NCBI GenBank assembly: GCA_964016885.1
Contig: OZ024740.1
Location: 130,510,001-130,574,000, forward strand
Reading direction: 5' to 3'
From: Eledone cirrhosa
Lineage: Eukaryota
DNA length: 64,000 bases
Below, piece after piece: positions 15,165 through 34,104 of the stretch. A model generated the notes under the pieces. That model saw only the letters and a list, made by a program, of their open reading frames with translations, ran no database searches and was not told where the DNA came from. How positions within the stretch are numbered: the first letter of the stretch is position 1; the number at the start of each line of letters is the position of its first letter. The position numbers and the translations under genes were made by a program.

Positions 15165-17791
15165 TTATCCATATAGCTTGAGGAAAGTTTCCGTCCGTAG
15201 GTGTCTGCAGGCACCGAATAAGTCGGCCCTTCTGTTTAATATCTTGGTTCCGCCATGAAGAATCTAGACTGTCTCACTAAGACATAGGTTGCAAATACCA
15301 GACCCGCCTCTGTCTGGGGGAACCTTTCTAACCACGGATCAGAGCAGAGAGTGCGTGGACTTTTCAAGTTTGAGCTTCCAGTTCAATTCAGAAAGGGCCG
15401 TACATTTCCTCTTAGATATTCTGTTAAAGGAATGGCGATGGTTATACCACCGACCTTTGAAGCCTGTCGCTGTCTATCCTATGTAGTGGTGCTCCGAGTT
15501 AGGTGTTTTGACCTTGTACCTCTAGACCACGTTTTTCGCATGCATTCATTACTAAGGGGGCATAGTGATGGGTCTCTGCAATTACATGACTTCTTAAGCC
15601 CCACCACATGTATCGCGTGGTTACCATCACTCGGGGTTGGCTGGGTAGCCTCCGCAATCAGCACAGGGTCGTTGGGTTCCGGTGTGCTAGTTGGGCCTGT
15701 CGGGGTTCCGTTGCGTCCCGCGTGCTGGCTCTGTTCGGTGGCTCCAAGGTTTACGGTGGTATTAGAGGCAGTGAGCCTATTCCTATTTATTCCAGCTATG
15801 TGCTGGGCTACGGGGCGTGTGGTTGAGCAGAGAAGTTTCACCGTGTGTCTGTTGAATATTTGTTGGTACTTGTGGGCCCTAGGGAAATATTTATCCAGTA
15901 CTCTAAAGAATGTTCTAGCCAGGCTGGTACGTAGACCCACCGAGTACGGAGGGTTATACCATGTGACCTTCCTAGTCCTATTCTTGCGGCGTTGTAGGGT
16001 GTCCGCCGTGGGCTATAGCGTGGTTGTGCACAGCTCAGGTCGAGCTCGGTTGGTGTCACTCGGGTGTGCGGAGCGGTCACTATCATGAGGGTTATATGGG
16101 CCCACTGTGGGGCTATAAACCTGCGAGGTTCGGCCTCCCTGCTCAATTAGGGTTCGGCAGGTGGGGGTCGGTGCAGGAGTGCCTCTGCTCCGCGGCACAG
16201 TGGTCTTCAGCGTTGTAGGTATTAGACCGGTGAGGTATGCGGGAACTTCTACCGGGGGTGGTGATGGATAGCGGTCTGGGAGTGTTACTACTGGTCACGG
16301 AGGTATTAGGTGGGTGACTCATGCCCCTGAGCGTATTGGTCCGGGGTACCCTTGGGTCATCTCGATCATGTCCCTTAGGGTTATAGCTGATCCTATCGCT
16401 GTGGGACCCCTTAGCTAGCGCTGAGTTATAGTAATCAGCGTTACTATTGAAGATCTCTTTATTGGGCGACAAGTTAGAGATCCTGTCAGAGACACTCTTA
16501 ACTACGGCCTTAACTATAGATCTAGGGTGATTAGACCCAGCGTTGATATACACAAGCTTCTCATTGGGTTAATGATATGGATAGTGTAGCTTGGTGTTGA
16601 GGTTGAGGGTGGTGTCCAGGAAATTACTACTTTTCTATTGGGTTCCATCTCTACCTTAAGTCCTACCTTGCTGAAGAAGTGCCTAATTCTCCTCTTCATA
16701 TTTTCGACCATTGTGCTCCACTATGGTGAAGAGTGCATCCTCTTGGTACAACCCTCCACCCAGGTTGGTTATTTCTATCCTGATCTCGTAGAGTATGTAT
16801 ATCCCAACCAAATCCGTTAGCTGCACGGAGTCACTGGAGCCCATTGTAATGTCAAAACTATTTGGCCAGTCGCTCCTGGTCCATATGTCCCCATCGAATC
16901 GGACAGGTTCTTTCTGGCGGCGTGTATGATTCGGACCTCGTCGCGAGTTAGGTCTGTCCTATTCATCGCGAATATGAGTGCCTTGTTCAGGATTATGGTG
17001 GAGATAGAGGAGTAGTAATTGTTGATGTCTAGTTGTATGAAACTAGTCCTATGTTTGTCAGGTACAAATGTAAACCAGTCCAGCACCTGGCTAGTGCAGG
17101 ACCAGAGTTGTAACCTTATTTTACTCTTAAGTGTGGGCAGGATCCTATCTAAAATGCTTTTGCATGTCTGAACGGGAGGGGGCTATCAGTCTGACCGGCA
17201 GATTAGACTCGAAGTTTGGTTTGTGGTCCTTAATGGTAATCCTCGGCTCCCTTTGTTGGTATGGGCCGCCCTATCATCTATACCAAGACCAGATACGATC
17301 TCATAAGCCTTGATGTTGATATCCTCCAGGATAACCCCGGACATTTTTTGTAGGTTTTTCTCAATTCCCTGAGGTGTAGCTCATAGTAAAGTTGAACGTC
17401 CATGCTGTAAAGGTTGTTGGTTTTGTCAGCATGGACGAGTATTCTTGTAGATTCCGTAAGCTCGGTATTCCATTTTCCAGTCGTCTAAGGTAATCTCGAC
17501 CCCGGTATGGTGGTCGGCAAATTTGATGTTAGAAATGAGGACAATCATTTCGTTCTCAAACTCTTCCAATAGTCTGTTGTTGGGGCCGGGGGGGGGGGTT
17601 ATTATTGATCTGAAGAAGCACTCCATGGTTTTTTGGTTATTAACATCGGGGTTTACTCTATCAAAGAGGTAAGCCCTCCACCTCATCCTGCGTATTAGGG
17701 AGTTAGTACTCTTAGTGAGATTCCTGGTGTATTCTCTTGTACCCGGTAATGGGATGTCCTTCAGTGATGCCGGAGTTGTGAGTTTATTCAT
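15165..17791 (-). pseudogene. Naiad-type PLE polyprotein (RT + GIY-YIG), disrupted
   Basis: SLKDIPLP..LIRRMRWRAYLF; LDINNYYSSI; GLYQEDAL (GLYRDDGL-like); SNHP; WYNPPYS; CNCx5CPLx3C; CNLCLSE; CRH; several frameshifts. Confidence 0.88.
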
Positions 17792-17980
17792 ATTAGCTGC
17801 GGTTCGCTACTGTATGAAGCGCTCAACAGGGTGTGGAGCATGGGGTAAGCAAGAAAGTAAGTGTTGGTAAAATCCAGTACTTCAGTATGCGGATAGGGAA
17901 CACTCAACGAAGATATAATTTCCGGTGTTATAATAGTGACGAAACATAAGTCAATTGCGTGAACTTATAATCCTTTAATT

Positions 17981-18035
17981 GCTGCTATATATATACCGAC
18001 GATAGCCATTGAATGGCTATGACCTCATCAGGTAG
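17981..18035 (-). ncRNA. Second UTR hammerhead copy, core mutated (GAAA to GGTA)
   Basis: CTGATGA-ggtcatagccattcaatggctatcgtc-GGTA-tatatata-gcagc. Confidence 0.7.
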
Positions 18036-19026
18036 TTAGTCAGTTCTTAGATATGCCAGCTCTGTGTTTATAGTGTTGATGGTATCAGAGCCTTGGGACA
18101 CATGAGCTGGTTAGGAATAATTTAATTTTGTCAGCAGGAATAGTCTTGATTCTCATTGGTCAGTTTGTAGATGGTAGAAGGTTGGTATTTGAACTCAAAG
18201 AGGCAAGTGGTGTTGTAAAGTTCCAACCGTCTGTCAAGATGACAATATGACTGATTTTCACAAAAAAGCATTCCTGGTCAGATATATATTCAATTAAGGT
18301 TAATAGTATGAAATAGATACTACAGGTCATTCTTAAATTGAGGAATTTATGTGGAGTGGTGCTACTGAAATTTATGGTTGGAGTAGAAAATGTACAAATA
18401 AAAAGACTTATGTAGGTTGGCTTGCACTAGACTCACACCCACCTCCACAGACACACACACACACATCCACACATACAAAATATGGGGTGGTAATACTTAA
18501 ATGAATGGTTAGAGTCCAATACTTAGATAGCTTAGAAAATTTAGAAATTAAAGGTTTATGCTGGTTGACTTGTAGATACACTCACACCTACCCCCACAGA
18601 CACTCACACATCTACACACACAAATCCCTACAGGTGTGCATATATATATGTATGCATGTATGTACGCACAATTATATATATATATATATAAAATATATTT
18701 ATACACACAGAACATACATATATATAAAATACACATACATATACATTTATATACAAAATATATACATATACATACATATATATAAAATACACATATATAC
18801 ACATATGAAATATATACATATATACATATATATATACATATATATATATATAAAAAATCAGGTTCAATAAAACGTGGTTAAGATGACTCCTAACCAGTAG
18901 ACGATCCGGTGGACCATCCACCATGGGGACCACACATTATGGGGCGTTCTCGTTTTCCATTGGTCATTGGTACGGTGTGTAGGGGACCTACATGGGGGAG
19001 GCCTTGTGGGAGGCCGTAACCGGGGT

Positions 19027-19521
19027 TTATCCATATAGCTTGAGGAAAGTTCCCGTCCTTAGGTGTCTGCAGGCACCGAATAAGTCGGCCCTTCTGTTTA
19101 ATAGCTTGGTTCCGCCATGAAGAATCTCGAGTGTCTCACTAAGACAGAGGTTGAAAATACCAGACCCGCCTCTGTCTGGGGCAACCTTTCTAACCACGGA
19201 CCAGACCAGAGAGTGCGTGGACTTTTCAAGTTTGAGCTTCCAGATCAATTCAGAAAGGGCCGTACATTTCCTCTTACCTACTCTGTTAAAGGAATGGCGT
19301 TGGTTATACCACCGATCTTTGAAGCTCGTCGCTGTGGATCCTATGTAGTGGTGCTCCGAGTTAGGGGCTCTGACCTTAAACCTGTAGACCACGTTTTTCG
19401 TCATGCATTCATTACTAAGGGGGCATAGTGTTGAGTCACTGCAATTACATGACTTCTTAAACCCCACCACAATGTAGCGCGTGGTTACCATCACTCGGAG
19501 TTGGCTGGGTAGCCTCCGCAA
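19027..19521 (-). pseudogene. Duplicated GIY-YIG endonuclease C-terminus of the Naiad element
   Basis: CNCSDSTLCPLSNEC..VVY..HYIGST..FKDRWYNQ..TALSELIWKLK..NLCLSE..LLNRR..CRH. Confidence 0.88.
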
Positions 19522-19745
19522 TCAGCACAGGGTCAATCGGTTCCGGTGTGCTAGTTGGGCCTGTCGGGGTTCCGTTGCGTCCCGCGTGCTGGTTCTGTTG
19601 GTGGTATATATATATGTGCAAAAATTAGAAACAATTATTATATTACACTCTGACTAGCTATATAACTCGATACTGACGTGAATCTAAACATCGAGTCTCA
19701 CCTGGGTGAACCTTCTGTAAGTTCAGGTTACACTCCCTGGATATG

Positions 19746-19946
<201 letters not shown>

Positions 19947-20112
19947 GGTAACAAATTATTGTTATAGGTAGTCCACTTAGGTGTAGTTCAGTTATTGTAC
20001 TCCGGGTATTGGATGATATCAACGCTTGGCTAAGCTTGACTCAACAAGGCATTTCCATAGTGATGCTGCGAGTACGCTGTAATTCCTATGTTGTAAACAC
20101 TTGCAGTAATAA

Positions 20113-20439
20113 TAAATCAGGAAAGAAGAGTGACACGGTTTGCTATACAAAAAAGCTTTTTAATCTCATTGCTGACAATTGTTTCTCTGAACTGGTAGGT
20201 CTAGAAATTGCTATCCGCTTATTTTCACGTTACACCATCGCCAGTACAAAGTTATAAGCAGTTAGTTCATCACAAGCTCCGATAAACTGACTGGTTATAA
20301 TTTTGTATTGGCGATCGAGTAACGTGAAAATAAGCGCATAGCGATCTGTAGACCTACCAGTTCAGAGAAACAATTGTCAGCAATGAGATTAAAAACGTTT
20401 TTCATATAGCAAACCGTGTCACTCTTCTTTCCTGATTTA
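20113..20439. mobile_element. Fold-back element (~155-bp arms); partial extra arm at 22030-22116
   Basis: taaatcaggaaagaagagtgacacgg / ccgtgtcactcttctttcctgattta; GAAACAATTGTC hammerhead half in both arms. Confidence 0.85.
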
Positions 20440-20445
20440 TATATA

Positions 20446-21260
<815 letters not shown>

Positions 21261-21277
21261 ATAATAATAATAATAAT

Positions 21278-21369
<92 letters not shown>

Positions 21370-21438
21370 GTAAATATATATGTACATATATATATATACA
21401 CACACATATATATATATACATATCCAGGGAGTGTGACG

Positions 21439-21485
<47 letters not shown>

Positions 21486-21570
21486 AAAGTTTTATTTAAA
21501 AATGTTGGGTTACAACAAGTAAATATTTTATAACTGATATAAAGCACTCGACAAGTTTTGCGAGTAGATA

Positions 21571-21988
21571 TACGATATTAAACAAATGGAAACTATATTT
21601 ATAAAACCATATTTATTTCATTATACATATTTCAGGGATACCATATTAAAAATATGGCATGCCTTCGTCAGATAAAATACAATATATAACCAGTTTTATA
21701 AATAATTTTGACGTACCATAAATATAGCGGCCATTAATGTATGAGGCTGGCTTGGTAGTGAAGTGTTTATAAATATTTAGTGTTAATCACAGTTACAAAT
21801 AAAGACGGAGAAAAAGAAGAAATGCATGTAAAGAAAAACAGAGAGAAATAGAAAGAAATAGGGGAGTGAGAAAGTGGGAGAATGTAAAAAAAAAAAATAT
21901 ATATATATTTTTTTAATATGGTATCCCTGAAATATGTATAATGAAATAAATATGGTTTTATAAATATAGTTTCCATTTGTTTAATATC

Positions 21989-21991
<3 letters not shown>
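21571..21991. mobile_element. Fold-back element with ~82-bp near-perfect arms
   Basis: 21571-21652 is the reverse complement of ~21910-21991; (TA)n on the right. Confidence 0.85.
21614..21679 (-). ncRNA. Hammerhead ribozyme motif, intact core
   Basis: tattttat-CTGACGA-aggcatgccatatt-ttt-aatatggtatccct-GAAA-TATGTA-TA-atgaaata. Confidence 0.8.
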
Positions 21992-22034
<43 letters not shown>

Positions 22035-22124
22035 CAGGAATGAGGAGTGACACGGTTTGCTATATGAAAAATGTTTTTAATCTCATTGCTGACAATTGTT
22101 TCTCTGAACTGGTAGGGCTGTGAC

Positions 22125-22530
22125 TTAAAGAGAATTAAATTGTTTATAGTGGGTGGGTAGGTGATAGAGAGGGGGAGATATAAAGATATATATATATATA
22201 TAAAATAAAGATAAAAATAAAAATAAGAAGGGGCGGGGAGAAAGAAGAAAAGAAAATATAGCCAAAAAGGGGAGAGAAGAAAGGAAGAAAATGAAAAGAA
22301 ATAGGAAAGGAATGAAGGAGAAGGGAGGGTTACAGGTATTGATTTTGCGGGTAATTAAAGGGGTTAGATACAATAAGGGCGTAGAAAGTCTAAGTATATG
22401 CAGTTTGTCAGGTGGTAGTAAGAGGTTAAGAGTTCGATTTGCACTTGTAGTGCGAAAACGTTTCTTTGAGTCTATGGTTACAATAATTTGATCTTTCAAT
22501 TTTATTGTTGAGTAACTTATTCTTCGAACT
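22125..22530 (-). mobile_element. Possible Penelope-like 3' remnant (GIY-YIG tail plus pyrimidine-rich UTR)
   Basis: KLHILRL..LYLTPLI resembles the LxIxESLxIxxxxPxLN terminus; weak. Confidence 0.35.
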
Positions 22531-22534
22531 CAAA

Positions 22535-23110
22535 ATGTGGAACAGATGAAGGTCACATAATCGACAGATATGGAGGTGTGTTCGATAATTGTTTCCACTT
22601 CAGGGTGTATTGATGGTTACTTTCCCTCAGTTGCCAGGTCTTGTTTGCAAGGGTAGTTACATAACGATGCTGGGAATGTTTCATTGCGTAACGGTGTGTA
22701 TACCAACAGGCTTTAAATATATTCCCAGTCGCTCTGATGTAATACCATTTCTGGTTGTCAGATTCTACTCATTGGTAAACCAGCTTAGACTACACACATT
22801 CATTATGTAATGGACAGGTTTCAGGTAGGTGGCAGTTACAATTCTTGCCATGAGCAACTTTGACTTTATTGGTGGGCTGCGATGCCTGTACACGTGTGTT
22901 ACGTTTTGTTTGCCTGTTAGTGGGTGGTTGTGTATTAGATATTATGTTGTGTTCTATGGTGATTGCATTGTTATTGTAATAAATTTGTCTTCTGGTGTTG
23001 TTATGTATCTTTTTAGCGTTAAGCATCTAAATGTGTGCCTCTATGTTTGGTGTCGTGGAGTAAGATATATATTGTATAACTGTTGGGCCTAGATTTTAAG
23101 CACGGTGCGG
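22535..23110 (-). mobile_element. Naiad-type PLE fragment (linker / GIY-YIG)
   Basis: KKIHN..GKNCNCHLPETCPLHNEC motif. Confidence 0.7.
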
Positions 23111-23829
23111 AGAACACAATCAACGTCCAACATCATTATAAAAAAAGACTTTGATATTAAGAACATCTATTGTAGATGATAGAAATTATGTGAATGTTTA
23201 CGAGAAATATCTGTATATATGTATGAGGATTCGACATGATTTCATCCATAAGAACTTTATTTAGCTAGGGCATATAGCAATAGATAATACAATTACAGAA
23301 TCAACATTTGCAATGTTAACCAACTTGTATGTATGGAGATAGAAAGGGGCCATTAAAAATATGCCTGATCATGTTATTGTATAGAATACTGTCACTACTT
23401 TTATTAAAACTGAAAAATTGCAATATACATTTCTTTAGAAGAATCAAGAAAAGTGATATCACACTGGCGAACATGATATGCATTGAAATATTAGTAGAAT
23501 TTCATAAGTTGTCTGCATACATATACAAACATTATTCATAGCATATGTAAACTGTATATATCAAAATAAACAATTATGTTTCTCTTTATATATGTCCGCC
23601 TCTCTCCCTCCATATATATATCAATATATATACAGAGAGAGACAGAGACGGGGGAAGACAGAGGGAGAGGGAAAGAGATAGATAGAGGGCGGTATTGAGA
23701 GAGAGTGGTCTATATAATGATATATATATGTTTTTATAAATAAGCATTCCTGCCCAGAAGTTTGTCCGTGAAAAAGACTAAAACGGCATTAAAATAGTAA
23801 TAAAATAGAGAAGATTCATGCAAACAAAA

Positions 23830-27660
<3,831 letters not shown>

Positions 27661-27680
27661 TATATATATATGTGTGTGTG

Positions 27681-27818
<138 letters not shown>

Positions 27819-30800
27819 AAGTTTTTTGATTTTTAACATATTTAAATCAATTGTGAAAGAACAATTCTTAGCACAAATGTTGCATAAAGGCACCGAATGA
27901 GGTCCCATAAAGTTTCGGATCCATATTATATTGTTGTATCGCTCAGATATTCAATTTTGTATTATATATTTTGTATTCAAAAAAAGAAAATGGTTATAAA
28001 TGGAACAAAACATCCTCTGTCTACACTATATAGAACAGCGGCTTTTTCAATTTCACCAGCACCAGAAACTTGATACACTACCTATCCCATCACACTAAAT
28101 ATAACAGCCAGATAACGGCAATTTCACCGGCATCATAATAATAATTACTATTATTATTGTCTCCAGTTTTAAAAAATGTTTAATTCAAATTTTACGGGAA
28201 TATGTCAACACAAAATATAATGAAAATATATATTAAACATACGAACACAAACTCATAGATACTATATCAGTAACCACAACACCACCGCTGCCACCACCCC
28301 ACCACATCCATCATCGCCACCACCACTCATTCAATGCTACTGACACTATTCCCCTGTTAACTTGAGAGAGAAAAGGGAAGGTGGCGGTAGCCCTAGACAA
28401 GAGAGAGGCTAGCAAAAGATATAAATAGATTGACTTGGTGACCTTGCCACGGCCAAACGTCTACATCAATAATTATGGGACTGCTGGCTCACACCTTCCT
28501 CACCAACAATATAAAAAGCCCCGGCACCACCACCGACATAGCCAGCAGCAATAACAGCCAACTACAACAAAAAGTATATTATATTATTGTAATGCACTGG
28601 GTGATTGCTGGCCTTGTGCCTGGAGTGCAGACAATTATTAATAATTTCATTCTTAAACCACGCAATGCTCACATTAAGGAACCACTCATGATAATAACAA
28701 TTAAAAAAAAAAAACAAAAAGAAAACCCCGTGACCAAGAAATACCGGGATGGCGGCCGGCGGGGAATAGCCATGTCTCTAGGGGAGAACGACCCCTCTAG
28801 TCTTGGTTGACACTCGTTCTAGAAGTGGTAACACGAAATGATTACCCCTTGGCGGATAAGGATAAAACGCGACAAAATAAAGTAAATGTCTAATGATAAA
28901 ATCTCATACCGGATCGGCCGTCACCCGGGTAAAAAAGGGCCACGTCCCTCAGAGAGGAACCAGACTGGGGTCGAAAAATCAGCTAATGGTTCAAACCTTC
29001 CCATCACTTCGGAGCTGGAGACCTCCCATAACCGGAATACTCCTACTGTTGGCCCTCCATGCTCACCACCAATAAATCCAAAGAAAAAGAAAGAAAAATG
29101 GTCAAGGGAAGATAATAAAGATGTCCTTGAGGCTTTCTACCCTGCCATGTACTACCCATCAAATACATCGAATACAGAACGAACATATATCAACTGGAAA
29201 AAGAAACATCCTGAAAACAGAGGCTATATTGACAGTAACAAACTAGCCAATATACGAAGAAATATTGTAAGAAAAAAGTTACTAACTGATATAGAAATTG
29301 ATCAGATCAAGCTAGTAGCACAAAGTCAGCGAAAGGAATATGAAGCATGTGTCAGTGAAAACGAGGTAAACTGTAACACTTCGATTCCCAGGGTTGGGGC
29401 GGAATCACTGGCAACAGAACAAATTAAAGAAAGGAGCGAAAAAGTGGAGGGAGTGCATGCTCATGATGAAACTCAAAATAAAATGAGATCGTAAATGATA
29501 AAGAAATGAATGAGATTGAACTTGCCAACTTGAAGGATGAAATTATGATCGAATGAATGAAAATGAAAGAATCTGTCATGGGGGAACGAGACACTCTCCC
29601 TAAGATCCAGAACTCCAAACAAAACCGAAAGATAATACACAAGACTAACATAATTCTCAAAAACATTATCATCACAAACAAACTAAACATTACTGATTTA
29701 AACCATCTCTATTATGCATCGGCTAAAGTCTCCACTCACTCATGTGGAGTGAAAATTAAAAAAACAAAGGAATTCCCACAAGAAATCTACTTGGCAAGAT
29801 AACATCAATCGCCAAATAAACCTTCTCCGATCTGACATAGAAATGTTAACAAACTATAAAGTAGGTGAACATGTTAAACAAACTAAACTTAGAACATTGA
29901 AAAAAAAGTACGGTATAAGATCAACATGTGACATAGACATGCTGATAGAAACAATCAAGCAAAAAGTGTCGGCCAAAGCTGCTCGTATAAGGCGCTTTGA
30001 AAAACGATCTAGATTCTATAAGGACAATAATATGTGCAAAAACAACCAAAGAAACTTCTACAGAAAAATTGGTAAGTCAACAATAACTGCTAAATCAATA
30101 CCACCCAAGGAGGAAGTGCAAGAATTCTGGGAAAAGATATGGGCCGAAGATCATAAATGCCCCATGGATAGACAGACAAATGAAAGAAACAGCTCACCTT
30201 GAAGAACAAACATGGGAAAATATAAAAGTTGAACAGCTGCGCTTGGCTCTAAGAAAAACCAGCAAATGGAAATCCCCAGGAAAAGACAAAATACAAAACT
30301 TTTGGATAAATGCCTTCACAGCTGTTAGCCCAACTTTACAATGAAATAGTTAAGGAGTCAGAAAATATACCATCATGGCTAGTTAACGGCATTACATTCC
30401 TGCTACCGAAGAATGATGAGACAAACAATCCCAAAAATTACAGACCGATAACCTGCTTGACCACAATGTATAAAATGTTAACATCAGTCCTAACTGAATA
30501 CACATATGACCACCTGATAAAAAATGACCTATTTCCCATTGAGCAGAAAGGGTGTAAACGAGGCTCATAGGGCTGTAAGGATCAGCTTCTGGTTAACAAA
30601 ATGATACTGGAAGATTGTCATAATAGACACAAAAATCTATCGATTGCTTGGATAGATTATAAAAAAGCATTCGATAGTTTGCCACACAGTTGGATTGAAA
30701 AATGTTTAGAGATTTTCAAAATATCCCCCGTTGTCAGGAGGTTTTTGTCATTCAGTATGAGGACATGGAGAACGACACTCCTTTTGAATAGTGAAACAAA

Positions 30801-32661
30801 ATCAGTGGAAGCTGGAGAAGTTAACATTAATTGTGGAATTTTTCAGGGTGACTCTTTATCACCGCTTTTATTCTGCATCGCACTTATATCATTAAGTAAA
30901 ATGCTCACTGAAACAAAACATGGATATAGAGTCTATGACAAAACCATTAATCACCTGTTCTACATGGATGACCTGAAACTATTTGTAAAAAATGATGAAC
31001 AATTGCAAGGGCTATTATCCACTGTGAAGCAGTTCAGTGATGACATTAAAATGGAGTTTGGACTGGATAAATGCGCCAAAGCAACGTTCACCAGAGGAAA
31101 GCTGCTGAAGAGTTCAGACATTAATCTTGATCGGGGGAACGTGATAAGAGAGCTTGATCAAGAAAAAACTTACAAATATCTAGGTGTTTGTGAAGGAGAC
31201 GGAATCAAGCACTCGACAATGAGGGAAAGGATAAGGAAGGAATGTTACCGCAGTCAGAGCAATCTTAAGAACGGAATTGAATGCAAGGAATAGGATCGAT
31301 GCCATAAACACGCTTGCTATACCAGTAGTAACCTACAGTTACAATGTCATCAACTGGTCAAGCACAGAGATCCGTAGGCTCGATACAAAAATCCGAAAAT
31401 TCTTAACCATGCACAGAATGCATCACCCTAAGGCAGACATAGATAGAATAGATCTCCCTAGGAAAGAAGGAGGACGTGGGTTAATCCAGTTAGACATTGC
31501 GTTGAAAACTGCAACAATTGGATTATCCACATATCTAAGGGAATCACATGATTGGATGATCAAACTCGTTTTGAAACACGAAAGCACCAAAAGATCATAT
31601 TCCATTACAAAAGATGCACAAAGATACAGTAATGGACTACAAATTTCAGAAGTCCCATTTACTGCTGAAATGGAAAACACAGAAAAAGCAAAGCAGGTAA
31701 AAGTAACTGCAAAGAAAGAACTGCTACAGAAACTGGCTAAGAAATGGCAAGAAAAGCCTCTGTATGGAAAATACCCAGAGCGAGCTAACAATCCTGATGT
31801 TGACAAAACTTTAACCCATACGTGGTTGGCATCCTCTGGACTGAAATCGGAGACTGAAGGACTGATTATATCGGCACAAGATCAGTGTCTGCCAACAAAT
31901 ATTACCAAGCCAACATAATAAAAAATGGGTGCAGCTCATTATGCCGTGTATGCAAAAAACAACAGGGACCATTGACCATATAATTTCAATGTGCAGTCCT
32001 ATAGATCCAACCGAATACCTAAACAGGCATGACAGAGCTGCACAATACATACATTGGATAATGTGTAAGCATTTTGACCTGCCCCATCAAAAGAATTGGT
32101 GGGAGCATCAACCACCTCCCATACTTGAAAAAGATCACATCTCAATCTTGTGGAACTTTAGCATCCAAACAGACCGAAAAATAGATGCAAATAGACCTGA
32201 TATAATATTGAAGGACTTTCAAAGGAGGGTATGCCTGCTAATTGATATGTCTGTTCCAATAGACAAGAATGTATCTATAAAAACATTTGAAAAATTGAGC
32301 AAGTATAAGGACCTGGAGATAGAAATTGGAAAAATGTGGAAATTGAGAACTAAAACAATACCAGTGGTTGTAGGCGCTCTGGGAATGATACCTAAGGGGT
32401 CTAACAACTGCTTATCGCGAATCCCAGGAAACCCGCGTATAGGAGAAATACAAAAGATAGTACTAATGGGAACTGCCCATATACTAAGGAAGATCCTGTC
32501 AATATAAGTGCATCACAAGTCTAAACACTAAGGATGCAAGTGTGAATATGTATGTTCTTTCTTGAACATGGCAGACATTGTTGTCTCTTGAGGTCACTGG
32601 TTGTGACTTGGTGATAACTCATATAAACATAAAGCAAGATAAATGCAAATAACAATAATAC

Positions 32662-32723
<62 letters not shown>

Positions 32724-33445
32724 GGAATAGGGAAGAAGACGCACATGGTGGATAGAAGGTCGTGAAATCGCTCCCGTAAGTTTTGATTTTTTAACATATT
32801 TAAATCAATTGTGAAATAACAATTCTTAGTACAAATGATGCATGAAGCATCCGGCTTGAGTCCCCCAAAAATTCGGAGACATAATATATTGTTATATCGC
32901 TGAAATATTCAATTTTGTATTATACATTTTATATTCAAAAAAGAACATGGTTATAAATGGAAGATAACCCACTCTGTCTACACTATATAGAACAGCCAAA
33001 TAACAGCAATTTCACCAAAACTAGAAACTATATAACCACCTATCCCATCACCCCTCTGTGTACACTAAACGCAACAGCCAGATAACGGCAATTTCACCAC
33101 CACTACCACCAATCTCAGCATAATAATAATAATTACTATTATTATTGTCTCAAGTTTAAAAAAAATGTTTAATAACAAAATGTTTACTTCCAATATCAAT
33201 GAAATATGTCAACACATATACGCGTCTAACCCCATAGATACTCCGATCAAACAAAAATACAGTCTATTTAACAAAACTCAGTAATGACAACGCCATCAGT
33301 ACAGTCACCGCCGCCGCCGCCCATCCATCATTACTACCACTATCCCATCACCACCGCCACCACTCCTTCATTGCTACCACCGATATCCCCCCATTAACTT
33401 CTGTTAACTTACGAAAGGGGAAGATGGCGGTATCACTAGACAATA
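27819..33445 (+). repeat. Diverged ~600-bp direct repeat (27819-28405 and 32778-33445) bracketing a Dong LINE
   Basis: taacatatttaaatcaattgtgaaa...gggaag.tggcggta occurs twice. Confidence 0.75.
28735..32722 (+). mobile_element. R4/Dong-clade LINE (RT + restriction-like endonuclease), family A, near full-length, frameshifted; (TAA)n at the 3' end
   Basis: [70 protein letters not shown]; start codon 28886, stop 32507. Confidence 0.93.
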
Positions 33446-34104
33446 TTAATAAACAAGATTAATATTTAATTTTGGATCAGGAATGTTAGAGTCGAAAAGG
33501 AGGAAAATGACAAAATGACTAAATAACTAAAAATAATTTCACCACCAACACCACCACCACTACCACGATGAAAACTCTGGCCAAGTCGACTCGACCGCTA
33601 TTTCTACTACAACTTCAACACCATCACTACAGTAATGCGGACACATCACCACCACCACTGCCTCATTATCGCTACCGCCGCTATTCCCTCCAACTACCTC
33701 CTGCTAGTTGCTGCTAGCACAACACCGCCACCACCACCACCACCACCACCACCACCACCACCACTGCCTCATTATCACTACCACCGCTATTCTCTCCCGC
33801 TGCCCCCTGCTACATTGTAGAATCCACACTAAAAGAGGAAGGCATCAACATATATAAATAGACTGAATTGATGACCCGGTCAAAATCAGAAATACAAAAA
33901 TCAAAATCAAATCAGCACAGCAACAACGAAAAACGCAAAGAAAATAAGAATGAAGAGAAAAACAAACTGACGGACAGAGAAGGGAAGGGAAAAATTAAGT
34001 CAGACATTCAAACACTACATTACAATGAAACATATGCTTATTCAATTTTGGTTTTTTTTTTGTCTGTTTATTTGTTTGTCTATTTATGTTCGTCTACAGC
34101 GTGA

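Larger units (their letters stand above)
14152..19605 (-). mobile_element. Penelope-like retroelement, Naiad type, partial-tandem (pLTR) arrangement
   Basis: 14152-15058 repeats at 17725-18622 and 15070-15735 repeats at ~18925-19600; RT plus GIY-YIG ORF lies between; hammerhead in the UTR. Confidence 0.9.

Noticed and set aside
15165-15600. Selenoprotein-type Naiad (UGA at conserved Cys positions)
   Set aside because: The conserved Cys codons I checked are TGT or TGC
15351-16088. 245-aa plus-strand ORF, and similar antisense ORFs over the LINEs
   Set aside because: Antisense shadows of retroelement ORFs
28740-28885. HDV-like ribozyme in Dong 5' UTRs (also ~34110-34200)
   Set aside because: Hairpins are present but I could not build the nested double pseudoknot by eye
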